This document shows positions 1 through 9,254 of a stretch of 25,914 bases of DNA, in pieces. Every line of letters starts with the position of its first letter. Positions within the stretch are counted from its first letter, which is position 1. The position numbers and the translations under genes were made by a program. Source of the DNA: Octopus sinensis. Lineage: Eukaryota. Under the pieces are notes generated by a model that saw nothing but the letters and a program-made list of their open reading frames with translations, did no database searches and was not told the origin of the DNA. Location: contig NW_021836008.1 of the NCBI RefSeq assembly GCF_006345805.1, positions 1 to 25,914 of the forward strand. The letters are read 5' to 3'.

Positions 1-20
1 TAATATGTATATATAAATAA

Positions 21-51
<31 letters not shown>

Positions 52-155
52 GAAGCTGGTAATGTAATTTTCAGTAGATTATGAAACAGCTGTAACCTTT
101 ACAGAAATATTAAAACACTTTTTGCTTCTCACCTCTCCTTATTTTAATATCTTAT

Positions 156-160
156 TGTGT

Positions 161-226
<66 letters not shown>
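156..226. repeat. (TG)n microsatellite
   Basis: Near-perfect TG run; source of ORF 122..421. Confidence 0.97.
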
Positions 227-230
<4 letters not shown>

Positions 231-594
231 CACTGTTTGAGAACAATTTTGTGGTTATAACGGCTAGAAGTAAAATGGAGGTTAATCAACTGAACGATCG
301 TTATTTCAAACTAAAAGGGTCTCATCAACTTCTACGTTATCACAGTCAAACTGTTTATGTATCAGTCAACATCCCGAATGCACCATCTTGTTATGTAAAT
401 TTGATAATTAGTTTGCGATGATAGTTTTCGAGTTGAAAATATTTTTGTTTTTGCAATTAGAATTAATTAATTTGCTTGTTCTGTAATGTGTTATGCAATT
501 TTCCTAATCTCAAAATATTGATTAGAAAAACACCGAAAACGTCAACAAGATACACGCAATTTGAAAATATCGACTAGAAACATCATATTTTAAA

Positions 595-615
595 ATGGCG
601 TCGGCTGAGAGACAA
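595..615 (+). CDS. Candidate short first coding exon (MASAERQ), unidentified
   Basis: aaaATGGCG start context (also a YY1-like AAAATGGCG motif) in a locally CpG-rich stretch, followed by a possible donor CAA|GTGGGT at 616. The unspliced frame stops at TAG 622-624. No homology recognised. Confidence 0.2.
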
Positions 616-806
616 GTGGGTTAGTCAGACCATCACAAAATCGTTGGTTCCATTTTGGAACCGAGCGGCGCGATGTTTCCTTAAGCAAGACACATCGTTT
701 CAAGCTTTTTCACTTCACTCAGCCGAGGACGAATATCAAAGAGACAGTCCGCAGCGGACTGGCATTCTGTTCGTGGGGCTTCGGTGTTTCTTGTGCTCTC
801 AGCCGC
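601..806 (+). ncRNA. Candidate structured RNA or foldback segment of unknown class
   Basis: 15-bp closing helix 602-616/790-805 (one bulge). Internal hairpins at 646-662, 671-697 and 716-786, the last with a perfect 8-bp apical stem 745-752/754-761. Confidence 0.35.
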
Positions 807-894
807 TTCAAAACTCTACGGTAATTGGATTAAATCCTGCCCCAGTGGTCATGCAAACTCGGCAGAGTAATTTCTTTCTTTGCATGATTCTGTA

Positions 895-1030
895 GTTAGG
901 AAGTTCGATTCCCAACTGAGGTTTAGGGTACAATCCCTCTGCTTGGCATTCTGAGCAAGTATCTTCTGCTATATCCGCGTTGCTCAGGTCTACTTAGCTG
1001 AAAAAGGAGAATAAATCGAGTGCCGGAACA
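895..1030 (+). mobile_element. Degenerate tRNA-derived SINE fragment
   Basis: B-box-like AGTTCGATTCCC followed by TGAGCAAGTATCTTCTGCTAT, matching the corresponding part of SINE A (13734-). Confidence 0.4.
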
Positions 1031-1257
1031 TTCCTCTCTCACTCCATCGCTCACATCTTGGTTGTATCACTTGATCAAGCAGCAGAAGGGTCAAGAGGGT
1101 ATCTATATTTTCTCGCAACTACAGAGGGGGTATCCCAAGCAACTAACGGTGGCATGGTACATGCTATGAAATCAAACTCGCTTGCGAGTGACGGCTAAAT
1201 TATGTCTTTTCAACACTAGAGATATATATTATTGAATCTCATGTCACCCAGACCAAA

Positions 1258-1297
1258 CTATCTTATGATCCAAAGGGTTTCCAACCGTGATCATATA
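1258..1297 (+). repeat. Short interspersed repeat E, degenerate copy
   Basis: ATGATCCAAAGGGTTTCCAACCGTGATCAT resembles the copies at 6330-6392 and 11655-11730. Confidence 0.4.
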
Positions 1298-1764
1298 GTT
1301 TTTCTTTCTTTTTTTTTTCTTTTCACATTTAGCGCACTTAAAACTATATTATCAAAATATTTTTAGAGTTTAATTAGAATTGAAGGGCGGTACTTTTCAA
1401 CCTCGTCAGGGTCTCAGAGACTTGTGGAACAGAAACAGGAATGTTTCCGTTCGACTCAAACCGAAAACCTGGCCTGAATACTTGAAACATAATCGTCTCC
1501 ACTAAAGGCACCCAATATGCCAGGTCATCGTAATAAACCGGGTGAGAGAATAAGTAAACAGCCCAAATGAGCCATGGCATAATTTGAACTTGGAACGTAA
1601 AAATACCCAAGATGCCAGGTGATAGTGTTTTAGCCGAATGACAGAATAAATCTACCAACCAAGTGAGGAGTGGCTTGGATTGAACTCTGAAAGGAAAGAC
1701 ACCAGAAGAAATACCACAAGGCATCACGATCTACGGTTTAGCGGTGCCGTTGGACCACCTCATT

Positions 1765-1900
1765 AGCCTGATTATTTATTTATCGAAGTGAGGAGATTGA
1801 AAGATAAAGTTAATCTTAGCGAGATTTGAACTTAGGACGCAATGTCGGAACAAATATGGCAGAGGGTTCTATCTAACCCTCTTAGAACTGTTTCAATTCG
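1765..1900 (-). mobile_element. SINE family D, degenerate copy
   Basis: TTTATCGAAGTGAGGAGATTGAAAGATAAAGTTAATCTTAGCGAGATTTGAACTTAG aligns to the reverse complement of the 17982-18197 core. Confidence 0.5.
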
Positions 1901-1907
1901 CCCCCAT

Positions 1908-1934
1908 GTATATACATACGTGTGTTTATGCGTG

Positions 1935-2014
<80 letters not shown>

Positions 2015-2172
2015 CAAGGTAATAAAGATTCTAGAAATTTTTACTACCTGTGGCGTAGCGTGCTACACTGTGTGTGTGTGCATGTGTGTCTGTGTGTGTG
2101 CATGTGCGTGTGTGTGTATATATATATATATACATATTTGTGTGTGTATATGTGTATACATACGTGTGTATG

Positions 2173-2215
<43 letters not shown>

Positions 2216-2306
2216 CTGTCTGTCTGTATGTATGTATGTATGTATGCGTGTGTGCATGTATGTGTGTATGTATATGTGCGTGTGTGTGTGTGTATGTGTG
2301 TGTGAG
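1908..2306. repeat. Compound (TA)/(TG)/(TATG) microsatellite block
   Basis: Directly visible; explains the overlapping ORFs in 1832-2406. Confidence 0.95.
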
Positions 2307-2334
2307 TAAATTTGATGGTAGTCATTTGTAGTCC

Positions 2335-2600
2335 GATAAAGGAGGAAGACGGTTCTGCAACATCTGGCCTAACGAACTGCGCAAATGATTCGTTTATAGT
2401 GATCAAATGTTCGTACCGCTCATTAAGCCACTCCCTCCATTAAATTGACGCCGACCGAACAGGTGCACGGTGTGCCACGCATCAGGTTTCGAAATGATCG
2501 CGGAGCAACGTGAGACGAAGCGTTTTGCTTAAGAACAAAACGCACCACCCTGTCTAGGAATCGATACCATGATCTCGCGATAGTGAGTGTCACAGCCCAA
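2335..2600 (-). mobile_element. SINE family B (tRNA-derived), degenerate
   Basis: GAAGCGTTTTGCTTAAGAACAAAACGCACC...AGGAATCGATACCATGATC matches the head of the copy at 15730-15839; the minus strand carries a B-box-like GTATCGATTCC. The 3' boundary is uncertain. Confidence 0.6.
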
Positions 2601-2610
2601 CCACAAACGC

Positions 2611-2688
2611 ATGCATTACCCACCCACCACACCCAACCCTCACACACGTATGCATTACCCACCCACCACACCCAACCCTCACACACGT
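2611..2688. repeat. Perfect 39-bp tandem duplication
   Basis: ATGCATTACCCACCCACCACACCCAACCCTCACACACGT occurs at 2611-2649 and 2650-2688. Confidence 0.97.
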
Positions 2689-2994
2689 AATTACAGACGA
2701 GTTGATAGACAGATAGACTAGGTAGATAAGTAGACGTTGATTAGTTGGGGACGTTCTGGGTTCGTACTAAGTCAACTGCAAATTAAGATTTTATTTGAAA
2801 TTTTTTGTTCAAATATGAAATATGCCCTCTAGTTTAATTACAGCAGCAGTAATAAGGAAATAGATTTCATACAACATATGTAGTATAGTTAGGTTAATTA
2901 ACTCGCTAATTAATAATTAAATAGACATGCCTATCGATTTGTGAAAGAGTTTTAATTAGAGGTGGATAGATTCGCCTGTAAGTAATCTGATCGT

Positions 2995-3152
2995 TATGAT
3001 GATGATGTTGTTGATGATAGTGATGATGACGATGATAATGATGATGATGATGATGATGATGATGATGCCGGTGGCACTGATGGAAAAGATGATACTGATG
3101 ATGATGCCGGTGGTGACGATGACAACAATGATGATGATGATGTTCATGATGA
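2995..3152. repeat. (GAT)n imperfect trinucleotide repeat
   Basis: Source of the poly-M, poly-H and poly-I ORFs. Confidence 0.95.
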
Positions 3153-3177
3153 CGAAGGGCACTGCGATGAAAGGAGA

Positions 3178-3706
3178 TTCTTTTATTTATTTCAGTCATT
3201 TTGGTTGCAGCCATGCTGGAGCACTGCCTTTTAGTCGAACAAATCGGCCCAGGACTTACTCTTTGTAAGCCTGGTACTTATTCTATCGGTCACTTTGGCT
3301 GGTACCGCTAAGTTACGGGGATGTAACATCGGTTGTCGAGTGATGATGTGGGGACAAACACAGACACATACACACACACACAGACATACATATATACATA
3401 CATAACAATAAACGCCGCCCTTCTCAAGCCTAGCCAGGCTCATGGGGCCGGTTTCCCGGTTTCTGTGGAGTATGTGTTGCCCCCAGCTGGATGGGACGCC
3501 AGTCCATTGCAGCGTTACTCAAGAAACAGAAAGAGAGAGTGAAAGTTGTGGCGAAAGAGTACAACAGGGGTCGCCACCACCCTCTGCCGGAGCATCGTGG
3601 AGCTTTTAGGTGTTTTCGCTCAATAAACACACACAACGCCCGGTCTGGGAATCGAAACCGCGATCCTCTGACCGCGAGTCCGCTGCCCTAACTACCGGGC
3701 CTCCAC

Positions 3707-3766
<60 letters not shown>

Positions 3767-3931
3767 ACGACGGGTTTCTTACAGTTTCCGTCTACCAAAT
3801 CTACTCACAAGGCTTTGGTCGGCCTGGAGCAATAGTAGAAAACACTTGGCCAAGGTGCCATGCAGTGGGAATGAACCCAGAACCATGTGGTTGGGAAGCA
3901 AGTTTCTTACTATACAGCCACGCCTGCGCCT
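3178..3931 (-). mobile_element. SINE family A, full length, interrupted by a SINE C insertion
   Basis: 3' half (3178-3365) and 5' half (3765-3931) both align to the reverse complement of 13734-14119; SINE C lies within the internal microsatellite. Confidence 0.9.
3411..3706 (-). mobile_element. SINE family C (tRNA-derived)
   Basis: About 190 nt (3520-3706) are the reverse complement of the head at 23764-23950, including the B-box GGTTTCGATTCC. Confidence 0.88.
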
Positions 3932-3952
3932 AAACGACAATAATAATAATAA

Positions 3953-4162
3953 TGGATTCAAATTTTGCCACAAGAGTACCAATTTGGGAGGAGTGGATGA
4001 CTTGATTACATCGACCCAGTGTTCAATTAGTATTTATTTTATCGATTCCGAAAGAATGAAAAGTAAAGTCGAGCTCAGCGGAGTTTGAACTCAACGTAGC
4101 GACGGGTGAAGTACTTCTAAACATTTCGCCCAACCTGCTAACGATTGTACCAGCTCACCACC

Positions 4163-4165
<3 letters not shown>
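3953..4165 (-). mobile_element. SINE family D, near full length
   Basis: Reverse complement of the AAGGTGGTGAGCTGG...GAGTTCAAA...CTTTCGG...TCGAT...GGGTCGATGTAATC core, with an (ATT)n tail. Confidence 0.85.
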
Positions 4166-4196
<31 letters not shown>

Positions 4197-4206
4197 TATA
4201 ATAATA

Positions 4207-4546
4207 GCAGCAGCACTCAGAGAGCGCAAGCCTCCGCCAAGACAACACCAATGTCCTCACAACGATTGGCCAGAGATGATTTTTTAAATGAGAATATCTG
4301 AAATAAACTCGACTGCTCTCACAAACGAGAATAGTAGAAATGAACTCGACCGCTCTTAAAAATTAAGTAAAAAAAAAAACAGGAAACATAATCCAGAATC
4401 CTTGTCCGGTACTGGATCGATCCCACGAGGCCAAACATCCCTGAAAGTTTCATCCGAATGCATCAAGCGGTTCTTGACATATCTTGTCCAAAGACAAACA
4501 AACACAGCTGAAACAATGCCTCCGCCTTCACTGAGACAGAAGTAAT
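4207..4546 (-). mobile_element. Non-autonomous Helentron-type element (HINE/DINE-1-like)
   Basis: Minus strand: degenerate 5' subterminal hairpin (CTTCTGTC...GGCGGAGG, 4519-4543), TGTTTGTTTGTC microsatellite, 3' TTGGCGGAGG (4231-4240), then terminal hairpin GCGCTC-TCT-GAGTGC (4213-4227). This layout matches HINE architecture. Confidence 0.72.
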
Positions 4547-4672
4547 AATGGTTCAAATTTTGGGCCAAGTCCAGCAATTTTGGGGATGGGGTAAGTCGAT
4601 TACATGGACCCCCAATACTCGACTGGTACTTAGTTTATCGACCCCGAAAGGATGAAAGGCAAAGTCAACCAC
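4546..4672 (-). mobile_element. SINE family D, 3' half
   Basis: GTCGATTACAT...GGTACTTAGTTTATCGACCCCGAAAGGATGAAAGGCAAAGTCAACC is the reverse complement of the D core. Confidence 0.85.
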
Positions 4673-4775
4673 GTTGTCTCTTTCAGCAAGGTACTTCATT
4701 CCAGCTGAAAATTATTCCCAGTAACCCTAGGGATTTAACTTAGAATATGTTCATTGTGGCCTAGTGGTTAGGATT

Positions 4776-4900
4776 TTTAGTTCATGATCACGATTAAATC
4801 GTAGGTTCGTGTCTCGGATAGGACAATAACCTGGCGTCCTTGGGCAAAATGTTTCACTTTGGGCTGCTCCAGAACACATGATGGCAGGAGTAGGGATTGA
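4776..4900 (+). mobile_element. SINE family B head, degenerate
   Basis: A-box-like TGGCCTAGTGG, B-box-like GGTTCGTGTC, then CCTTGGGCAAAATGTTTCACTTT...GCTCCAG. Confidence 0.55.
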
Positions 4901-5297
4901 CTTGTACTTACAGTTTCAAATACCTTGAAAAGGCTCATGAGGGCCGGTGCCTAGATAAGCCTGAGCACGTTCATTAAACACCTGAAAAACTTACCTCAGA
5001 TAATATTATCTAAATCGTAACAAATTCTCGTTTCCAGAGGTGAAAGTCTGGAACCTTTTCTCAAACGATCAAAGTAAAAAAGAAAAACAAGAAAAGATTA
5101 TAGTAAAGGCTGTAGTAGGAGGTGGTGGCGGAGTGGCCGTGACAAAAAAAGCATCAGTAGTAATGGTGATTGTAGTTGTAGTGGTAGTAGTAAATGTATA
5201 CGCACATTCGAGGTACCATTTTCTATACAAGGTTTGGAATTTCATGACTATCCATAATATTCCCTACCCAAACACACACACACACACACACACATAT

Positions 5298-5342
<45 letters not shown>

Positions 5343-5344
5343 TG

Positions 5345-5486
5345 TGACGGGCTTCTTTCGGTTTCCATCTACCAAATCCACTCCCAAGGCTCTGTTCGGT
5401 CCGAGGCTATAGTAGAAGACACTTCCCGAGTTGCTACGCAGTGGGAATGAATCTAGTTGGGAAGCAAGCTACTTACCACACAGCCT

Positions 5487-5487
<1 letters not shown>
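5345..5487 (-). mobile_element. SINE family A, 5' half
   Basis: Reverse complement of 13740-13895, adjacent to a (TG)/(TA) array at 5270-5345. Confidence 0.85.

Positions 5488-5547
<60 letters not shown>
5488..5547. repeat. (TA)n microsatellite
   Basis: Perfect TA run. Confidence 0.97.
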
Positions 5548-5550
<3 letters not shown>

Positions 5551-5862
5551 TATATGGGTACAGGACATCAATAAAACGTTGAAACGTTGAACACAATGAG
5601 AAACAAAAACAAAAGCATAGAAAACAAACATTTTTTCGAACAACGAAAAGAATCAACCGAGAAACGAGACATGCAACATTAAAAATATTGTCCTTGCCTT
5701 CGATACACGGAAAAGATGAAACAGGGACAACTGATGAAGGGGGATGTTCTTTATGTTGCATCTCTCGTTTCTCTGTGGGTTTTTTTTTCGTTTCTACGTT
5801 TTTGTTTTTATGTTTTCGTTTCTCATTGTGTTCAACATTTTTTTATGTACCCATATATGCAT
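5546..5862. mobile_element. Foldback (long inverted repeat) element
   Basis: GCATATATGGGTAC (5548-5561) pairs with GTACCCATATATGC (5847-5860). Arms continue with indels to TTGTCCTTG (5688-5696) / CAGGGACAA (5722-5730); 25-nt spacer. Confidence 0.85.
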
Positions 5863-6094
5863 GTATATATACATATATATGTAGGTATGTACACATATAT
5901 GTATGTATATTTATATATTATATGATTGAACGCCACGCATCCTTTTCCCAATTATATATATATATATATATATATAAACAAGATGGAAAACGAAGGCAAA
6001 TATCGGTAAATTTTAAGAAAGATGAAATACAAGAACACACAACCGTATGAGTTAGTTTTGTTGCCAATTAACAACAAAAGCTGGCGTGTGATTA

Positions 6095-6127
6095 TGACGC
6101 TAATTAGATGTTAGCTGATGACGTCAC
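6095..6127. promoter_or_regulatory. Candidate CRE plus homeodomain motif cluster
   Basis: Half-CRE TGACG 6095-6099, palindrome CTAATTAG 6100-6107 and full CRE TGACGTCA 6119-6126 in apparently unique sequence. Confidence 0.25.
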
Positions 6128-6329
6128 ACTAGTTTGAGATTAAATCGATAATTTGTGGTAGGGGGAGAGGTATTGCGTAAATTGTTTAAAAAAATAACGA
6201 ACAAAAAAAGAGTTGAAAGTAAACAGTTTTGGCTCAAATTAAAATTTCTGAAAGAAATATTTTTTATTGTTTTTGTTGCTGTTGTTGTTGCATTCGTTGT
6301 TGTTACTGACGTTGATGAATAGCCACAAA

Positions 6330-6392
6330 TCAACGTTGATCAAGCAAACCGGTGATCAAAGGCATTCCAGTCATGACCATCCTGTCTTTCAG
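6330..6392 (+). repeat. Short interspersed repeat E
   Basis: GATCAAAGGCATTCCAGTCATGACCATCCTGTCTTT is similar to 11686-11722. Confidence 0.6.
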
Positions 6393-6445
6393 GGATCTTT
6401 GTATGTGTGTATATGTGTGTGTGTACATTTGCATGTAATGCATCT

Positions 6446-6635
6446 TCTAATTGTTTGTCATTTGACTGCGGCCATGCTGGGATATTGTCTTGAAAGGGTC
6501 TAGTCGAAGAAATCGGCCCCTGTGCTTATTTTTAAGTATGGTACTTATTTTACCGTTACCCTTTTGCCGAACCGCTAAGTTGCGGAGACGTACTGAGATC
6601 AGCACTGGTTGTCATGCTATAGTGGGGATCACATA
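6446..6635 (-). mobile_element. SINE family A, 3' half
   Basis: GTCATTTGACTGCGGCCATGCTGG...TTTTGCCGAACCGCTAAGTT is the reverse complement of the SINE A tail. Confidence 0.82.
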
Positions 6636-6744
6636 CGCATAAATGTAATATATTTACAGACGCGCGCGCGCGCTCACACACACACACCACACACACACAC
6701 ACGTCTGTGTGTCTATATTTATGCATTCACAAATTGATAGAATC

Positions 6745-6857
6745 GTTATAATGTTGAATAAACTACCGCACCGTTTTTTATTTCGACTCTCTATGCTCTG
6801 AGTTCAAATGACGCTGAAATCAAGTTTGCCTTTCATTCTTCCTGGGTCCGACAAAAG
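6745..6857 (+). mobile_element. SINE family D, degenerate
   Basis: TCTGAGTTCAAATGACGCTGAAATCAAGTTTGCCTTTCATTCTTCCTGGGTCCGACAAAA. Confidence 0.6.
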
Positions 6858-7366
6858 CCTATCAATCCAGTGAAGGAGATTGACAGAACTTTTGGGAACC
6901 AGCGTACCAAAGAACAGACCCGACGTTTTCTCTGCATGTCGTACAAGATGACTAAAAGACGTTGTGGTAGGATTTGCTCTCCGACCTCGTAAAACCCTCA
7001 ACAGCAAAAAGTTACCCACAGGTCCATTGGCTGGAGGGTTGTCACCGGAGTGGTGCAGAGGTATCATCTGCCAAGAGGTATCACCGATAAATGTACAGTG
7101 CAGCCCCATGCCTGACCTGATCTGGGTGAGAGGGGCAATGCTATGACAGTGGTTCCAAGATGTATATCGGTCCAGGTCGGTGGTGGCCTTTTCCTTAGAT
7201 AAATTCTGGAAAATGGAGAGGGAAAAATTTATGAATGGCCAACTGCTAGAACAACCCTCAGAACACAACAAAAAGACAAAAAACGAATAAGAAAGAAAGA
7301 AACGCTTGTATAGACTGGCTCATACACGTTAAGATGGTTGCTCAAACTTGACTGACGGAGGGTGTA

Positions 7367-7640
7367 TGCACACACACACACACGCAAACACACACACACA
7401 CACACACACACACCACACACACACACACCACACACACACGCAAAACATGAAAGCTTTTAACAAAATAATTTCAGTAAAGGAAACAATGATGATGATGACG
7501 GTAAAGGTGGTGGTGATGATTATGAAAACGATGATGATGATGAAGACGATGATGATAGTGATGACGATAAAGATGATGACGAAGGAGGAGGAGGAAGAAA
7601 AAGGAAGGGGGAAGGAGATGATGATGAAGAAAAAAAGAGG
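7367..7640. repeat. (CA)n array followed by a GAT/GAG-rich low-complexity tract
   Basis: Directly visible. Confidence 0.9.
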
Positions 7641-8072
7641 AGATAAGTTGTAGTAAATAATATCTCCTTGTTACAAAGTGATTTAAACATGTCAGACTTA
7701 TTTAGTTAGACGCCATCTTTCGCTGTGAAGACGAAGATGAGGCCAGGAGTGGAGACGTAAAAATGGTTGTTAGCGACGGAAATAATGAATGAAAGATAAG
7801 CAGACGATTGTAAGGGAGAGAAAATGTGTGAGGAACTATGTTTCGAAGTTGTCGTCTGCTTGTTTTTCATGTTAATTCAACCTGTGTGTTTAATTTTTAT
7901 ATGTGTATTGTGTGTGTGTAATATATTTAGATATGTGTGCATGTATAATTTTTGTATGCGTATGTATATGTCGGCCAAACTGTTTTTATCTATTATCCGA
8001 CATATGTCTGTATATGTGTGCATATATATATATATATATGTATGTGTGTGTATAGCGCGAAGGAAAATATTT

Positions 8073-8113
<41 letters not shown>

Positions 8114-8247
8114 AGGGATTTATATATAGGTATATATGAGTGTCTCTACGTGCGTTTGTGTGTGTGTACGCTTATAACATGCATGATTGCAATTATGTAT
8201 TTTGCGCAAGTATGTGTCTATTGGTGTTGTTTTGTCCATCCTTACAG

Positions 8248-8423
8248 CACCGTCCCAGAAACCCGAGTTTGAAGCAGTTAATGCTCGACGTAAAATTTTT
8301 AAATGTTGATCTCTTGAGAAAGAAAATTTTTGAAGAAAATGTTGACCAGTGGGAGTTTTGTGGAAGAAGGATTGGACAAAAAATTAACTACGATCTTTAA
8401 TACACAAACCGATTGACGAGAAG
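8248..8423 (+). other. Candidate stop-containing (cassette or UTR) exon, unidentified gene
   Basis: Acceptor TTTTGTCCATCCTTACAG| (AG 8246-8247) and donor AAG|GTGAGA (8424). All three frames close; phase 1 reads xPSQKPEFEAVNARRKIFKC* (TGA 8307-8309). Confidence 0.4.
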
Positions 8424-8818
8424 GTGAGACTTTTGTTGGCGTTGTTCTCGTTGTTGTCGTTGTTCATGTCTTGTTGTTGTCGGTTATGTCTGACGAATCA
8501 AATCTTCTATTGTCAAACAAGTTCATTCTAGAATTACATTATCCAGTATCACCACCAGTTTTATATCATTACGGCGTTAGCGTAACAGCTCATGTCTTAC
8601 TGGGTACGATGAAAGGGGGACACTTCTTGATGTCTTTCTGTGAAAGGGACATAACGTATATTTTTCCTTCTGAAGACAAGTGAGCACAAATACACTAGGC
8701 TCCCAAGTAAAGCCCTCAAAATTCGGCGAAATAGGTGGATGTGAATTACATGCCTTCAGCCCTTATGACGCTCAATGAGGGCTCCAGCAATTTGTTATCT
8801 CCGGCCTATAAAATTGGT

Positions 8819-9007
8819 CTTCCGTCGGTTACTACGGCAAGTGTTACAGTTGACCCGATAAGCGGAGCAGACGGCCCATGAAATTAACGTGCAAGTGGTT
8901 GAGCACTTGACAGACACGCGTTCCCTTAAAGCAGTTCTCAGGGAGATTCAGTAGGTTGTTCCGTTGATCGGAGCAACTGAAACACACGTTGTCCTAACCG
9001 ATGGAAA
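8819..9007. repeat. Inverted pair of repeat (SINE-tail-like) segments
   Basis: 8819-8872 and 8954-9007 are reverse complements, 38/54 identical without gaps (hand count). Confidence 0.75.
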
Positions 9008-9254
9008 GCCATTTTTTTTTCTCTTTTATGTTCTGAGTCCAATCATGCCATACACTAACTGTGTTTCATACTCTCACCTGGGACTTTAGGTTTTTTGAGT
9101 AGAGTACAATATGCTGCAGTCATTCGGGCCAGGCTACCAATTTAAGGATATCTTACTCCATACCTCCTTCCCATCAGTTTCTGAAGCCTTTTAACCAATA
9201 ATGATGGGCGCTGCCCATCCCTATGACTAAAATATATTTTTAAATAGCGGAAGA

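Noticed and set aside
666-725. Hammerhead-like topology on the minus strand (CGG-CUGAguGA-AGU/GCU-GAAA-CGAUGU/ACAUCG-CG-CCG)
   Set aside because: Four core violations: extra nucleotide in CUGANGA, weak stem II, C in place of U16.1, and G at position 17. Stem I is only 3 bp.
601-806. Assignment as RNase P/MRP, U3, SRP or telomerase RNA
   Set aside because: No P4 CR-I/CR-V pair, no C/D or A boxes, and only a partial CTAACCC near the wrong end; internal T4 runs on both strands argue against a simple Pol III gene.
1374-1727. 117-aa minus-strand ORF and a stop-riddled plus frame with a faint internal repeat (W..LN.ERK.T)
   Set aside because: No recognisable domain or splice sites; possibly old retroelement debris but not supportable.
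1832-3268. Numerous ORFs rich in YI, CV, HT, poly-M, poly-H or poly-I (also at 7348, 11788-12253, 21592-22177 and elsewhere)
   Set aside because: They are translations of di- and trinucleotide microsatellites; no splice or domain support.
4988-5100. Perfect minus-strand donor CTGAG|GTAAGT with an upstream pyrimidine tract
   Set aside because: The longer exon options contain stops in all frames; only a 15-nt microexon stays open, which is indistinguishable from chance.
5686-5760. Functional type III hammerhead in the foldback centre
   Set aside because: GAAA and stem II/III are absent.
7798-7861. Perfect 10-bp inverted repeat AAGCAGACGA/TCGTCTGCTT
   Set aside because: Short, with a non-pairing 44-nt spacer and no TSD; plausible by chance.
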